From: a virus
Lineage: Duplodnaviria; Caudoviricetes
Length of the DNA stretch: 55,452 nt
IMG/VR virus record: IMGVR_UViG_3300049896_000004
Location: 1-55,452 of that record
Direction: 5' to 3' (one strand)
Shown here: positions 1-8,600 of the stretch, in pieces
How the letters are laid out: each line of letters starts with the position of its first letter
Position numbering within the stretch: the first letter of the stretch is position 1
Made by a program: the position numbers and the translations under genes
Notes under the pieces: generated by a model
Database searches by the model: none
Told to the model about the DNA's origin: nothing
Seen by the model: only the letters and a program-made list of their open reading frames with translations

Positions 1-3000
1 CGGGCTGCGGATGTCGAGGGCCTTCCTGATAGCCCGCTGCATTCCCTTCGCGATGTCGATCATCAGCTTCTCGATGGCCTTCTGCTGGCCCTTGATCCCG
101 GCGAGGAACCCCTCGCCGGCCGCCTTCCCGCTGTCGTACAGAGCGTCAGCCCCCGTCCGGCCCAGCTTGTCGGACGCGGTGACGAGCTGCTTCTGCAGGT
201 CGTTGATGCGGGCCAGGGTCGCCTTGTCCGCCTGGGACAGGGCCGTCGCGATCTCGGCACCCTTCTCCGGGCCCAGCCCTAGCACCTGCTCCAGGAGGCT
301 CTTGTTCAGGCCGCGCTGGGCGAGCGTGTCGACCTGCTTCGTGAACGCCTTGACCTGGAAGATCGCCGCCTTCAGGCCCCGGACGACGCTAGTCGTCGAC
401 GCCCCGTCGTCGCCCTGGATGAGGTTCTGCAGACTGAAGTTAGACAGCGTCGACTTGGCCAGGTCCCCGGCGAACTTCTGCGCCTCCTCCAGCCTCTTGG
501 CGATGGCGTCCCGCTGGACGGCGAGCTTCTGCAGCCGGACATTCGACGTCTGCACGAGCGCGATCAGCCGGTCGTCGACGGTCGTCTTCACACCCTTAAA
601 GGCCGCCGCGATGTCGTTGGCTAGCTTCGTCGTCGTCGACTTGATCTGTGCCGCGGTCCCGGTCAGGCTGGTGATGAAGCCGATCCCGATCTCGCGGCCG
701 ATCTTGATGACGCCCTCGGTGACCCGCCGGGCGGCGGCCTGGATCTGTGAGGCGGTGCCGCTCAGGCCGATCGCGAAGCCAGCGCCGGTGTCCTTGCCGA
801 GCTTGATGAACACCTTCGACGGTGAGCCGAAGTCTAGGACGTCGTCCGCCGCGTCGATGGCCCCGCTGATCACCTTCCTCGCCGCCGAGACGAGGTCAGC
901 GGCCCTCGACCGCACGCCGCTGATGAAGCCGCCGATCATGTCCGCGCCCGCCCGGACCAGTGCCGACCTGATCCCGGACAGAGCGGAAGCGGCCCGGCCC
1001 GGCAGGCCGCGTACGTACTCGATGGCGCGGCCGACGAACGACGTGATCTCTGCGAGGAGGGACGCGCCAGCAGCGCGCGCCCTGTCCGCGAGGCGGCTGC
1101 CCAGCGACGCCAGGGCCTCGCCCGCACGGCCGGGCAGGCCCCGCAGGTAGTTGATGACCTTGACTGCGAACTCGACGACCGCGTTGTAGGCGGTCGTCCC
1201 GCCACTCACCAGCCGCTCGTACAGAAGGCTGCCGTACGTCGCCAGGCTCTCGACGGCCCGGCCGGGCAGCCCGGTCAGGTAGTCGACGACCTGGCCCACG
1301 AACCGCACGACGGCGTCGACGCCCTGCGTGAACCCGGTCTCCAGGGTCGTGGTCAGGCTGGTGCCCAGGGTGGTGAGCTGCTCGGCGATCTTCCCGGGCA
1401 GCTCACTGAAGTACAGGACGACGCTGTCGACGAAGCCGGTCAGGGTGTCGAGCACGCGCCCGGGGAGCTGGGTGAACCAGTCGACGATCCCGTTGATGAG
1501 GTCGGGGACGATCGAGTTGCCGACGAGTTCGTTGTAGAGGTCGCGGAAGTAGTCGAGGACCGAGGTGACGAACTCGCCGATGCGCTTGCCGACGTCCTCC
1601 GCCGCGTCACCGAAGCTCTTGATCGACTCGTCCAGCTCCCGGAAGAACTGGACGACCTCGACGCCCTTCTCCAGCATCGCGGTGAAGATGTCGACGAGCT
1701 TGCTCACGTAGCTGACGAACTTCGGCAGCAGCGGAATCAACGGCTTGATGGCCTTCACGGCAAGCTGGATCAGCTTCGGGATCAGCGGGGTCAGGACGTC
1801 CGCGAGCTTCTCGAACGCGGGCAGCAACTCGTCGACCAGCTTGGGGAGTTGCTCCAGCAGCGGCGGCAGGAGTTCCTTGATCGCGTCGCCGAGGCCCTCA
1901 CCGAGCGCGGACACGACCGGCTTCAACGCCTCCGCGACCCGGGCCAGGGATGCGCTGAGTTCCGGCAGCACGGGAATCAGCGCGCCGGCAACCTGCTCGA
2001 TGATCGGCCCGAACAGCCTGGCGAGATTTTCCAGGACCGGGCCCAGCACCTCGGCGAGACTGTTGGCGACCTCACCAGCCAGCGGCAGGAGCGGCGCCAG
2101 GGCCTCCACGACCTGCCCGACCGCGGAGCCGAGCCCCGAGAAGTCGAGGCCGGCGAAGGTGTCACCCAGCGCCGCGGCGACGATCTCAAGACTCGGGGCG
2201 AACTCAGTCAGGAGCGGGCCGACGGCCGACAGCAGCTCCTGAATCGCCGGACCGATCTCGCTGAAAACAGGCGCGATGGCCGGCGCGAGCTTGCCCAGCT
2301 GGGTGACGAGTTCGGCCAGGATCGGCCCGAGCTGACTCGCGATCTCGCCGACCGTCGAAAAGATCCCGGTCAGCGCGCTCTCGCCCGCATCGGTGTTGAG
2401 GAACTCGCGCAGCGACCCCGTGAGGTTCCGCAGGTTCTGAAGCAGACCTCCGCCGGCCTCGTCCGCCACCGAGAAGACGGACTTGAGGATGGAGCCGACG
2501 TTGACGACGATGCCGCCGAGATCTTTGAACGCCGCGACTGCGGCACTCACCCAGCGCACTGCCTGTCCGGAGTCAGCCGCCTTCGTCAGGAAGGTGCCCA
2601 GCCGCTCCCCTACACCGCCGATGGCCCCGCCGAGCTTCTTCCCGAAGGCGTCGGAGACCGAGTCGACGATGGCGAGAAGGCCGTCGGTGACCCCACGAGT
2701 CGAGTCTGCGAGACCGCCCACGGCGGCCTCGGCAGCGTCGAAGACACTCGTCACGGCGGACACGCCGCGCTGTGACGCGAGGGCCTTGAGGGACTCCGAG
2801 GCGACCCGGCCCCACTGCTTCGAGACCCCCTTGAGGCCGGCCGACAGCGGCCCCTTCAAGGCCGTCGACGTCTTCGTGATCTGGCCCTCGATCTGACCGA
2901 AGAACGCGTCCTGGACGGACCGCTTCAGGTTGTCGAACGCAGGCTTGAGCGCCCTCACCTCGCGCGCCGCAGCCTGAGCCTTCGGCGAGAGCTTCTCCAG

Positions 3001-3855
3001 ACTCTTGGTGAACTCCTCGCTGGTACCGGTCAGGGCAGCGGTGAACGACTCCTTCACCCCGGACAGGGCAAGCTGGAGCGCACCGAACGCCGCACCAGCC
3101 ACGGCCACCGCGGCCGGGAGGGCGGCGAGGATGCCGACCATCGGGGCCAGGGCCGCCCCCAGCACAAGGACTCCCTGAGCGGCGGCCGCCGCCGCGATCC
3201 CGACGGCCCCGAAGGCGAGGAGCCCGCTGAGCGCGCGGCCGACCCCGCCCGCGATGCTGGCCAGCCCGGACATGGCCCGCGAGAACCGGCTGCTGTCGAC
3301 GTCCGGATTGACGTTGACCGTGACGTCCGGCGGCCGGTGCGCCCGGATAGCGTCGTCGAAGCCGGTCAGGTCAGGGATGACCCGGATCCGTACGCGCTCG
3401 CCCGCAAGGAGGGCGCGCAGCCGCGCCATGAACGTGCCGATGTCCGGGGTCAGGTCGACGTTCAGCGCCGGCAGCTTGTGCCCGCGCACGGCCCGGGAGA
3501 GCGCGTCGAGGTCGGGGACCAGGTCGACCGGGAGCTGTGGCAGCTTGTGCCCGCGAACAGTCCGGTTCAGGGCCTCCAGGTCGGGGAGCAGGTCGACGGT
3601 GAGCGGCGGCGCCCTGTGAGCGCGTACGGCGTCGTCGAAGCGGCCCAGGTCCGGCGCGACGTCGACGGATACCGTGACGGCGGCCAAGCCCCGCTCGATG
3701 TTCCGCCGGATCGCGTCGCCGACGTCCCGCGTCGCCCGGTCCAGCGCCCGTCTGATCCGCAGCCCGAGGTCTCGGGCGTCCGCGACCGCGTCGGCGTCGT
3801 CCAGATCAATCGTGATCCGGGCGGAGCCGAAGTCCTCTTCGTCGCCAGCAGCCAC
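1..3855 (-). CDS. Tape measure protein (3' end outside window)
   Basis: Not in ORF track. GTG at 3855 gives MAAGDEEDFGSARITIDLDD; Ala/Leu-rich helical sequence, N-terminal VDLxPDLxAL..VRGHKLP repeats, and ALDIRSP at the window edge in the same frame; follows the tail chaperone pair. Confidence 0.9.
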   Translation of the reverse strand, partial: MAAGDEEDFGSARITIDLDDADAVADARDLGLRIRRALDRATRDVGDAIRRNIERGLAAVTVSVDVAPDLGRFDDAVRAHRAPPLTVDLLPDLEALNRTVRGHKLPQLPVDLVPDLDALSRAVRGHKLPALNVDLTPDIGTFMARLRALLAGERVRIRVIPDLTGFDDAIRAHRPPDVTVNVNPDVDSSRFSRAMSGLASIAGGVGRALSGLLAFGAVGIAAAAAAQGVLVLGAALAPMVGILAALPAAVAVAGAAFGALQLALSGVKESFTAALTGTSEEFTKSLEKLSPKAQAAAREVRALKPAFDNLKRSVQDAFFGQIEGQITKTSTALKGPLSAGLKGVSKQWGRVASESLKALASQRGVSAVTSVFDAAEAAVGGLADSTRGVTDGLLAIVDSVSDAFGKKLGGAIGGVGERLGTFLTKAADSGQAVRWVSAAVAAFKDLGGIVVNVGSILKSVFSVADEAGGGLLQNLRNLTGSLREFLNTDAGESALTGIFSTVGEIASQLGPILAELVTQLGKLAPAIAPVFSEIGPAIQELLSAVGPLLTEFAPSLEIVAAALGDTFAGLDFSGLGSAVGQVVEALAPLLPLAGEVANSLAEVLGPVLENLARLFGPIIEQVAGALIPVLPELSASLARVAEALKPVVSALGEGLGDAIKELLPPLLEQLPKLVDELLPAFEKLADVLTPLIPKLIQLAVKAIKPLIPLLPKFVSYVSKLVDIFTAMLEKGVEVVQFFRELDESIKSFGDAAEDVGKRIGEFVTSVLDYFRDLYNELVGNSIVPDLINGIVDWFTQLPGRVLDTLTGFVDSVVLYFSELPGKIAEQLTTLGTSLTTTLETGFTQGVDAVVRFVGQVVDYLTGLPGRAVESLATYGSLLYERLVSGGTTAYNAVVEFAVKVINYLRGLPGRAGEALASLGSRLADRARAAGASLLAEITSFVGRAIEYVRGLPGRAASALSGIRSALVRAGADMIGGFISGVRSRAADLVSAARKVISGAIDAADDVLDFGSPSKVFIKLGKDTGAGFAIGLSGTASQIQAAARRVTEGVIKIGREIGIGFITSLTGTAAQIKSTTTKLANDIAAAFKGVKTTVDDRLIALVQTSNVRLQKLAVQRDAIAKRLEEAQKFAGDLAKSTLSNFSLQNLIQGDDGASTTSVVRGLKAAIFQVKAFTKQVDTLAQRGLNKSLLEQVLGLGPEKGAEIATALSQADKATLARINDLQKQLVTASDKLGRTGADALYDSGKAAGEGFLAGIKGQQKAIEKLMIDIAKGMQRAIRKALDIRSP

Positions 3856-3882
3856 CGGGCAACCTCGCGTGTGCGAAGGGTT

Positions 3883-3903
3883 GCCCGGCCCAGAACCAGC
3901 GGC
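3883..3903 (-). promoter_or_regulatory. Late-gene leader motif GCCGCTGGTTnTGGGCCGGGC, copy 1 (tape measure)
   Basis: 21-nt motif, 20/21 positions invariant across four copies; 27 nt before the start codon. Confidence 0.8.
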
Positions 3904-3912
3904 AGTGCCAGG

Positions 3913-4245
3913 TTAGCCGCCCGCGCCCCGTGCGAGCTGGGCGTCTTGTGCCGCGAGCTGCGCCATGAGGGTCTTGGCCTGGCCGGCGTTCATCGCTGCC
4001 CCTGGGTGGCGCGGCGCACCGCGGGTGCGCTTCATGCCCTTCGGCGGGGCGTACAGCCGCGCGTGGTTACGGGCCCGTTCCTTGTCGTCCTCAGCAGCCT
4101 GATCCATCGCAGCCTCAGCCGCGTTGAGCATCGTCCTCAGGCGCCACTGGCGCGGATCGACGCCCGAGAGGACGAGCGACCCTTCCCACCCGTCCCAGCC
4201 CGCGATGATGCTGGAGCAGAGCCGTTGGACGACCCAGTAGGGCGG
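3913..4245 (-). CDS. Tail assembly chaperone, frameshifted (gpT-like) portion
   Basis: The -1 frame is open from 4245 (PYWVVQRLC...WRLRTMLNAAE...LYAPP) and lies between the chaperone and tape measure genes. Confidence 0.7.
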   Translation of the reverse strand, partial: PPYWVVQRLCSSIIAGWDGWEGSLVLSGVDPRQWRLRTMLNAAEAAMDQAAEDDKERARNHARLYAPPKGMKRTRGAPRHPGAAMNAGQAKTLMAQLAAQDAQLARGAGG

Positions 4246-4676
4246 CTATCGCCGCCCCCGTACAGCTCGACGGCCGTTTCCATCAGCTCGACGAGGATGC
4301 GTCCAGGCAAGGCGATGCCCTTGTCCACGACCGCCGCACCGGTGCCGGCATCTTCTACGGCAGCTTCCGCCTCTTCGCGGGTGAGGTGGACGCTGACCGT
4401 GCCGCCGTCGACGAGGACCTCGAACCGGCTGAACTCGGCGGCAGACTCCGGGGTCATGAGGCGGGCCAGGAAGATCTTCATCTCGCCGTACAGCTCGCGG
4501 ATCCGCGTCGCGGACAGCTCAGCGGCGTCGCCCCCGCCCAGGGTCTTCTGTACGTCCTGGAGGCGGCCGTACGCGTCCAGGAACTCGTCCCCGTACATCT
4601 CGGGCTGGAACAGCAGCAGATACGGACCGACCGTGATCTCGTGCGGCTCGGTGTTGAATGCGATGGTCTTCTTCAC
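4137..4676 (-). CDS. Tail assembly chaperone (gpG-like)
   Basis: Position upstream of tape measure; acidic helical protein ending YGGGDSRPT plus a Ser-rich tail. Confidence 0.75.
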   Translation of the reverse strand: MKKTIAFNTEPHEITVGPYLLLFQPEMYGDEFLDAYGRLQDVQKTLGGGDAAELSATRIRELYGEMKIFLARLMTPESAAEFSRFEVLVDGGTVSVHLTREEAEAAVEDAGTGAAVVDKGIALPGRILVELMETAVELYGGGDSRPTGSSNGSAPASSRAGTGGKGRSSSRASIRASGA

Positions 4677-4703
4677 GGGTGTGCCCTTGTCTCCCGCACG
4701 TGC

Positions 4704-4724
4704 GCCCGGCCCATAACCAGCGGC
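4704..4724 (-). promoter_or_regulatory. Late-gene leader motif, copy 2 (tail chaperone)
   Basis: GCCGCTGGTTATGGGCCGGGC, with a TACCCT -10-like box just upstream. Confidence 0.8.
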
Positions 4725-4811
4725 GTGGCCAGAAGGGTAGCGGACCGGGATAAACCGCTGATCTAGCTCAAATGAGGGTGAAGCGGGTGCCCGCGGCGGA
4801 AGGGTAAGGGC

Positions 4812-5072
4812 ATGACCTTCTTCCGCCGCCGCCGTCCGGCGCAGCCCTCCTCGTCGTCCCCCGCCCCGGCCTCCTCGTCGTCCACGCCCTCGTCGACAGG
4901 CCGGCCCGCGACGACCTTCTACGACCCGGCCATCTACAGCACCGACTACAGCGCGCCGTCCAGCAGCGGCGGCTCGTCCTGCGACAGCAGCGGCGGGGGA
5001 AGCTCATCCTCTTCCTCGTCGTGCGACAGCGGCGGCTCGTCGTCCTGCGGCGGGGGCGGCGGCAACGACTGA
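4812..5072 (+). CDS. Small Ser/Gly/Cys-rich protein antisense to the tail operon
   Basis: Fills an intergenic gap; GGGTAA 5 nt before ATG and no RBS; SSCDS/SSCGGG repeats. Confidence 0.6.
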   Translation: MTFFRRRRPAQPSSSSPAPASSSSTPSSTGRPATTFYDPAIYSTDYSAPSSSGGSSCDSSGGGSSSSSSSCDSGGSSSCGGGGGND

Positions 5073-5134
5073 CTGAGCGGGCAGTGGGGACAGCCCCGGG
5101 CGTGACTGTCCCCACTGGTCCCGATGGCCGGCCG

Positions 5135-5512
5135 CTACCGGCCCAGCCTCAACGCCCTGGCCATGAAGTCATTGGCGCGCGTGCCCGGGTGGCGCACCAG
5201 CTTGGCGAACACCGTCGTCCCGTCGACCTCGAAGCGCAGAGCCTTCGCCCGGCGCGGCCGGATCAGGTGCGGGCGCGTCCCCTTCAACACGAAGATCACG
5301 GCAGGGTGGTCGCAGGTGATGACGCCCTGGAGCCCGCCCGGCCCTTCCTCAACCCGCCAGCGCACGAAGTCCCCCATGCTGCCCGGGGCCTCGGCCTCAG
5401 CGATGTCCGCGACGCGTTCCGTCCGCTCCTCCAGCTTCCGGTACGCGCGGCCCCCACGGCGCCGCAGGAGCCGCGCGAGCGCCCCCTGATCGATCCGTAC
5501 CTCTACGCCCAC
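5135..5512 (-). CDS. HK97 gp10-like tail-completion/neck protein
   Basis: GTRPHLIRP..AKALRF..VRHPGT..NDFMARAL motif. Confidence 0.75.
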   Translation of the reverse strand: MGVEVRIDQGALARLLRRRGGRAYRKLEERTERVADIAEAEAPGSMGDFVRWRVEEGPGGLQGVITCDHPAVIFVLKGTRPHLIRPRRAKALRFEVDGTTVFAKLVRHPGTRANDFMARALRLGR

Positions 5513-5522
5513 GGCAGCCCCC

Positions 5523-5687
5523 TCACGGCTCTACCAGCACGTACGACGGGCCCACCCTGTCCTGATGAACCGTCGGCTCAGCCACCGGCATGTTCGAGAT
5601 GTCGCCATAGCTGTACGCCTGCACCACCAGGTCCCCGTTCTCGGCCTGGATACGGAGCAGGTCCGCGATCAGTTCGCTGATCCTCAC
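5523..5687 (-). CDS. Small hypothetical protein (54 aa, MRISELIADLLRIQAENGDLVV...)
   Basis: Below the ORF-track cutoff; GTGA overlap with the upstream stop; fills the gap exactly. Confidence 0.7.
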   Translation of the reverse strand: MRISELIADLLRIQAENGDLVVQAYSYGDISNMPVAEPTVHQDRVGPSYVLVEP

Positions 5688-6286
5688 GGCGAGTCCTCCT
5701 CAGGACAACGACAGTTCACCAGGCCGACCGTCACGCGCTGCTCGACGCCGGCGCACCCGCCCTGAGGACCCACCTGGCGTTGGATCCCAACGGAGTAGAT
5801 CAGGCCCTGGCGGCGCGTGCCGAGGCCAGGCAGGCAGCAGTCCAGGGCATTCACCACGCTGGCCCCGTCGATGTTGATAACCCGGGCTGCGGCCGCCAGG
5901 TCCTCACAGCTCGGCGGACACCCATCGTCGCTCGGGACCGGGACGCAGCGTAGGACTGTAATGACCAGCTCGACCGCCGTCAGCTGGGGCAGCACACATC
6001 CCCGCTTGCCGCGGACCTGGCTGTCCCTGCTCTCTGTCGACGGGAAGGTCTCAAGCGAGGACTGCCACATCCGGGCGACGTTCACCGTGAGCTGCCCGCC
6101 GGTGCCGCCGCTCCCGTCGCACGGGTCCTCGCAGGAGTCCCAGGCTGCCTGTCCCGGGACGACACAAGCCCGGCACGGACAGCCCGGCTGCCCGGGGATC
6201 TCCACCGCCGCGGCGTCGAGGAACTGGCACACGCATCCGAGGACGCCTTCGGTGAGTTCCTGGACGGCCAGCAGACTCAGGGCCAT
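5684..6286 (-). CDS. Putative tail terminator / head-tail joining protein, Cys-rich
   Basis: Likely start MALSLLAVQEL at 6286; gene order; GPQGGCAGVE motif. Confidence 0.6.
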   Translation of the reverse strand: MALSLLAVQELTEGVLGCVCQFLDAAAVEIPGQPGCPCRACVVPGQAAWDSCEDPCDGSGGTGGQLTVNVARMWQSSLETFPSTESRDSQVRGKRGCVLPQLTAVELVITVLRCVPVPSDDGCPPSCEDLAAAARVINIDGASVVNALDCCLPGLGTRRQGLIYSVGIQRQVGPQGGCAGVEQRVTVGLVNCRCPEEDSP

Positions 6287-7083
6287 GTCGTCGTCCTCGG
6301 GTGCTTGTAGTCCGGGCTGTAGACCCGGGAGGCGGACGTCATCCGGTAGGGGTTGACCGAGGCGAGCCACAGGTCGGCGAGGGGCAGACCGGTCCGCCCC
6401 TCGCTGTAGATCAGCGTGGGATCGGCCATCGTCAGCTCGTACCCCTGCCGGACGACCCTCGTGACGTTCTTGTTCGCCTTGCAGCCGCACGTGCCCGGGG
6501 AGCAGCCGCGCAGCAGGTGACAGGTCAGCTCGGACACCGCGGCGATAGCAGCTGAGTCGAGGGGAAGGCCGGTGCGGTAGGTGACGGTGAGGGTCCCCTC
6601 CGCCCCCGCCGGCGCGGCCATGTCCTGACAGTCCGGCCAGCATTCGCCGTCGAGACGCACCAGGAGGTTCGCCGAGTCGACCCGGTAATCGACGCCGCCG
6701 CCCGCGAGGACTGTCCCGCCGTCGTTGACCTCCACGATGTCGAACACCGGACCGTCGAGGCGGATTTCGCACAGCTCGCTGCACGAGCAATCCTGCTTGC
6801 AGCCGCACACCGAGGCGTTCCGCCACTGCCCGTCGACGCCCAGGTACGGGACCCACGGACCGGACCCGCCCCAGTTCACGAACAGCGGATAGCCGTCCAT
6901 ACAACTGCGGCGGCACGGCCTCACCGTGATCGGGCAGGACGGCCCGAAGCGCCGGCCGGACAGGGCCCAGAGAATGAACGACGCGGCCGTGGCCCATCGC
7001 GTCACCTGGGCGGGGTCGACATCGTCGATGTCGCAGCACAGCTCTGTGTCCCATGGCTCACACGGGCCCATCTGGATCGGCAT
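6277..7083 (-). CDS. Putative head-tail adaptor, Cys-rich
   Basis: Start MPIQMGPCEPW via TGATG overlap; LWALSGRRFG, VVRQG and TGLPLADLWLASVNP motifs; gene order. Confidence 0.65.
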   Translation of the reverse strand: MPIQMGPCEPWDTELCCDIDDVDPAQVTRWATAASFILWALSGRRFGPSCPITVRPCRRSCMDGYPLFVNWGGSGPWVPYLGVDGQWRNASVCGCKQDCSCSELCEIRLDGPVFDIVEVNDGGTVLAGGGVDYRVDSANLLVRLDGECWPDCQDMAAPAGAEGTLTVTYRTGLPLDSAAIAAVSELTCHLLRGCSPGTCGCKANKNVTRVVRQGYELTMADPTLIYSEGRTGLPLADLWLASVNPYRMTSASRVYSPDYKHPRTTTWP

Positions 7084-7787
7084 CAGTACCTCGCCCGCTC
7101 GTACCGGCACCGCTCGGGGAAGGCGCCGCGGATGAGCTGGCCCACGTGCCCGTTCTCAAAGGCGTCCGGCATGGTCGACAGAAACCGGGTCTCCGGGCCG
7201 AAGCCGCGGGGCGCCCGGTAAGCGATCTTGCAGTCGTCGGCCCGCTCGCCCCCGATCCCGGCTAGGACCCCGTACACGGTGCGCTTGTGCGCGTCGTGCC
7301 CCGGCGCCGCGTCGAGGGCGGCGAGCATGCCGGCCTTCTCCACCGGCAGAGGGACGTGCAGGTCGTACGAAAGCGGCTCCTCATACCCGCGCCCGGTGAG
7401 CCACGCGTACGTCGCGCGCAGCTCCTCGACGTACGGGCCGGCCCGGTCGGTGCGCGCCGCGATCAGCTCCCGCATCGGGCCACGGTGCAGGACCGGCATC
7501 CCGTCCGGGAGCGGCCGCATGACATAGGTGTCGTCGTCCGCCCACACGAACCGCCCGGACACCTCGGGGTGTGAACAGGCGGCCCGCATGGCGAGAGTGG
7601 TGTTGGCGTAGCTGGTGCCCTGCTGTCCCGTCGGGATGTGTCCCACCTCGTCCGTCAGCCAGGGATGCCGGTGGCCGACTGTCCAGACCCGCCGGTGCGG
7701 GACGTTGGCCGTCCAGGAGCGCAGCGCCCATCGGAGCTGCCTGCTGGCGGCGGCCGCCCGCACCGGCACGACGAGGTCGAGGGCCAT
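7083..7787 (-). CDS. Stealth-like (hexose-1-phosphate transferase/glycosyltransferase) protein
   Basis: DLVVPV, LRWALRSW..NVPHRRVWTVG, FVWADDD and YDLHVP resemble Stealth conserved regions. Confidence 0.55.
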   Translation of the reverse strand: MALDLVVPVRAAAASRQLRWALRSWTANVPHRRVWTVGHRHPWLTDEVGHIPTGQQGTSYANTTLAMRAACSHPEVSGRFVWADDDTYVMRPLPDGMPVLHRGPMRELIAARTDRAGPYVEELRATYAWLTGRGYEEPLSYDLHVPLPVEKAGMLAALDAAPGHDAHKRTVYGVLAGIGGERADDCKIAYRAPRGFGPETRFLSTMPDAFENGHVGQLIRGAFPERCRYERARY

Positions 7788-7790
7788 GAG

Positions 7791-8495
7791 TCAGGACGAG
7801 GTCAGGCAGACGCCGCCCGAGACCGGCACGTAGTCACAGATCGCTTCGGGCGGCTCGATGTTCGTGAGGAACGTGCGCCGGTGGCAGGACTGTCCGATCG
7901 GGGTGAGCATCGTGCCCGGGGTGCCGGCCGCGTCGATCGGCATCACGTTGTACGGGCCGACGCCCCAGCCGCCGCCGGTGCGGGTCGCCCCGCTCAGCGT
8001 AAGGTTCGCCGCCTCGCTGCCGACCTCCAGGTCCCCGAGCTGACCGTTCGTCACCCACGGCAGCAGGAAGTAGATCCACTGCCCTCCCGTACCGTCCGCC
8101 TCACAGAGGTCCTCGCCCAGGACCTCCGCCCACAGCTCGATCGCGAAGCCCGTGTCGCACTGGATGGTGCAGTCGTCGTGACCGATCGGCTGTCCGTCGA
8201 AGCCGAACACGACCGGGTTGCCGGTGGTCAGTTCGATGAACTCCGGACTGACGGAGAAGAACGACAGCTCGAGGTCATAGCCCTTGAAGGTCGGGCATCC
8301 GCGCTTGAAGCCGCAGACCTTTCCGTTCGCTGCCTTGTACTCGACGTCTTCGCCCTCGTCGACGTTGGCGTTCATGGCGAGGGTGGCGAAGCAGTCGAAC
8401 ACGAAGCCGTTGTCGACGCCGCAGACAGGGCGGCCGCAGGAGTCAAGCCGGGTTACGCGGATCGTGTCCGCATTGGCGATCAGGGGACAGGCCAT
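7791..8495 (-). CDS. Major tail (tube) protein
   Basis: Start MACPLIANAD with GGAGG RBS; IRVTRLDSCG, KAANG.VC, FAIELW and YFLLPW; size and position. Confidence 0.75.
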   Translation of the reverse strand: MACPLIANADTIRVTRLDSCGRPVCGVDNGFVFDCFATLAMNANVDEGEDVEYKAANGKVCGFKRGCPTFKGYDLELSFFSVSPEFIELTTGNPVVFGFDGQPIGHDDCTIQCDTGFAIELWAEVLGEDLCEADGTGGQWIYFLLPWVTNGQLGDLEVGSEAANLTLSGATRTGGGWGVGPYNVMPIDAAGTPGTMLTPIGQSCHRRTFLTNIEPPEAICDYVPVSGGVCLTSS

Positions 8496-8525
8496 CAGGG
8501 CCTCCATCACACGAGTGTGGTGTCG

Positions 8526-8546
8526 GCCCGGCCCAGAACCAGCGGC
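8526..8546 (-). promoter_or_regulatory. Late-gene leader motif, copy 3 (major tail)
   Basis: GCCGCTGGTTCTGGGCCGGGC, with TATGCT -10 box upstream. Confidence 0.8.
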
Positions 8547-8600
8547 GTCGTGACCAGCATAGCCAGCCGACCGCCGGACAGGCCGTGGACCTGCACCGGA

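Noticed and set aside
6287-7054. 456-aa version of ORF 5684-7054
   Set aside because: The first ~255 aa overlap the adaptor gene out of frame; the likely start is 6286
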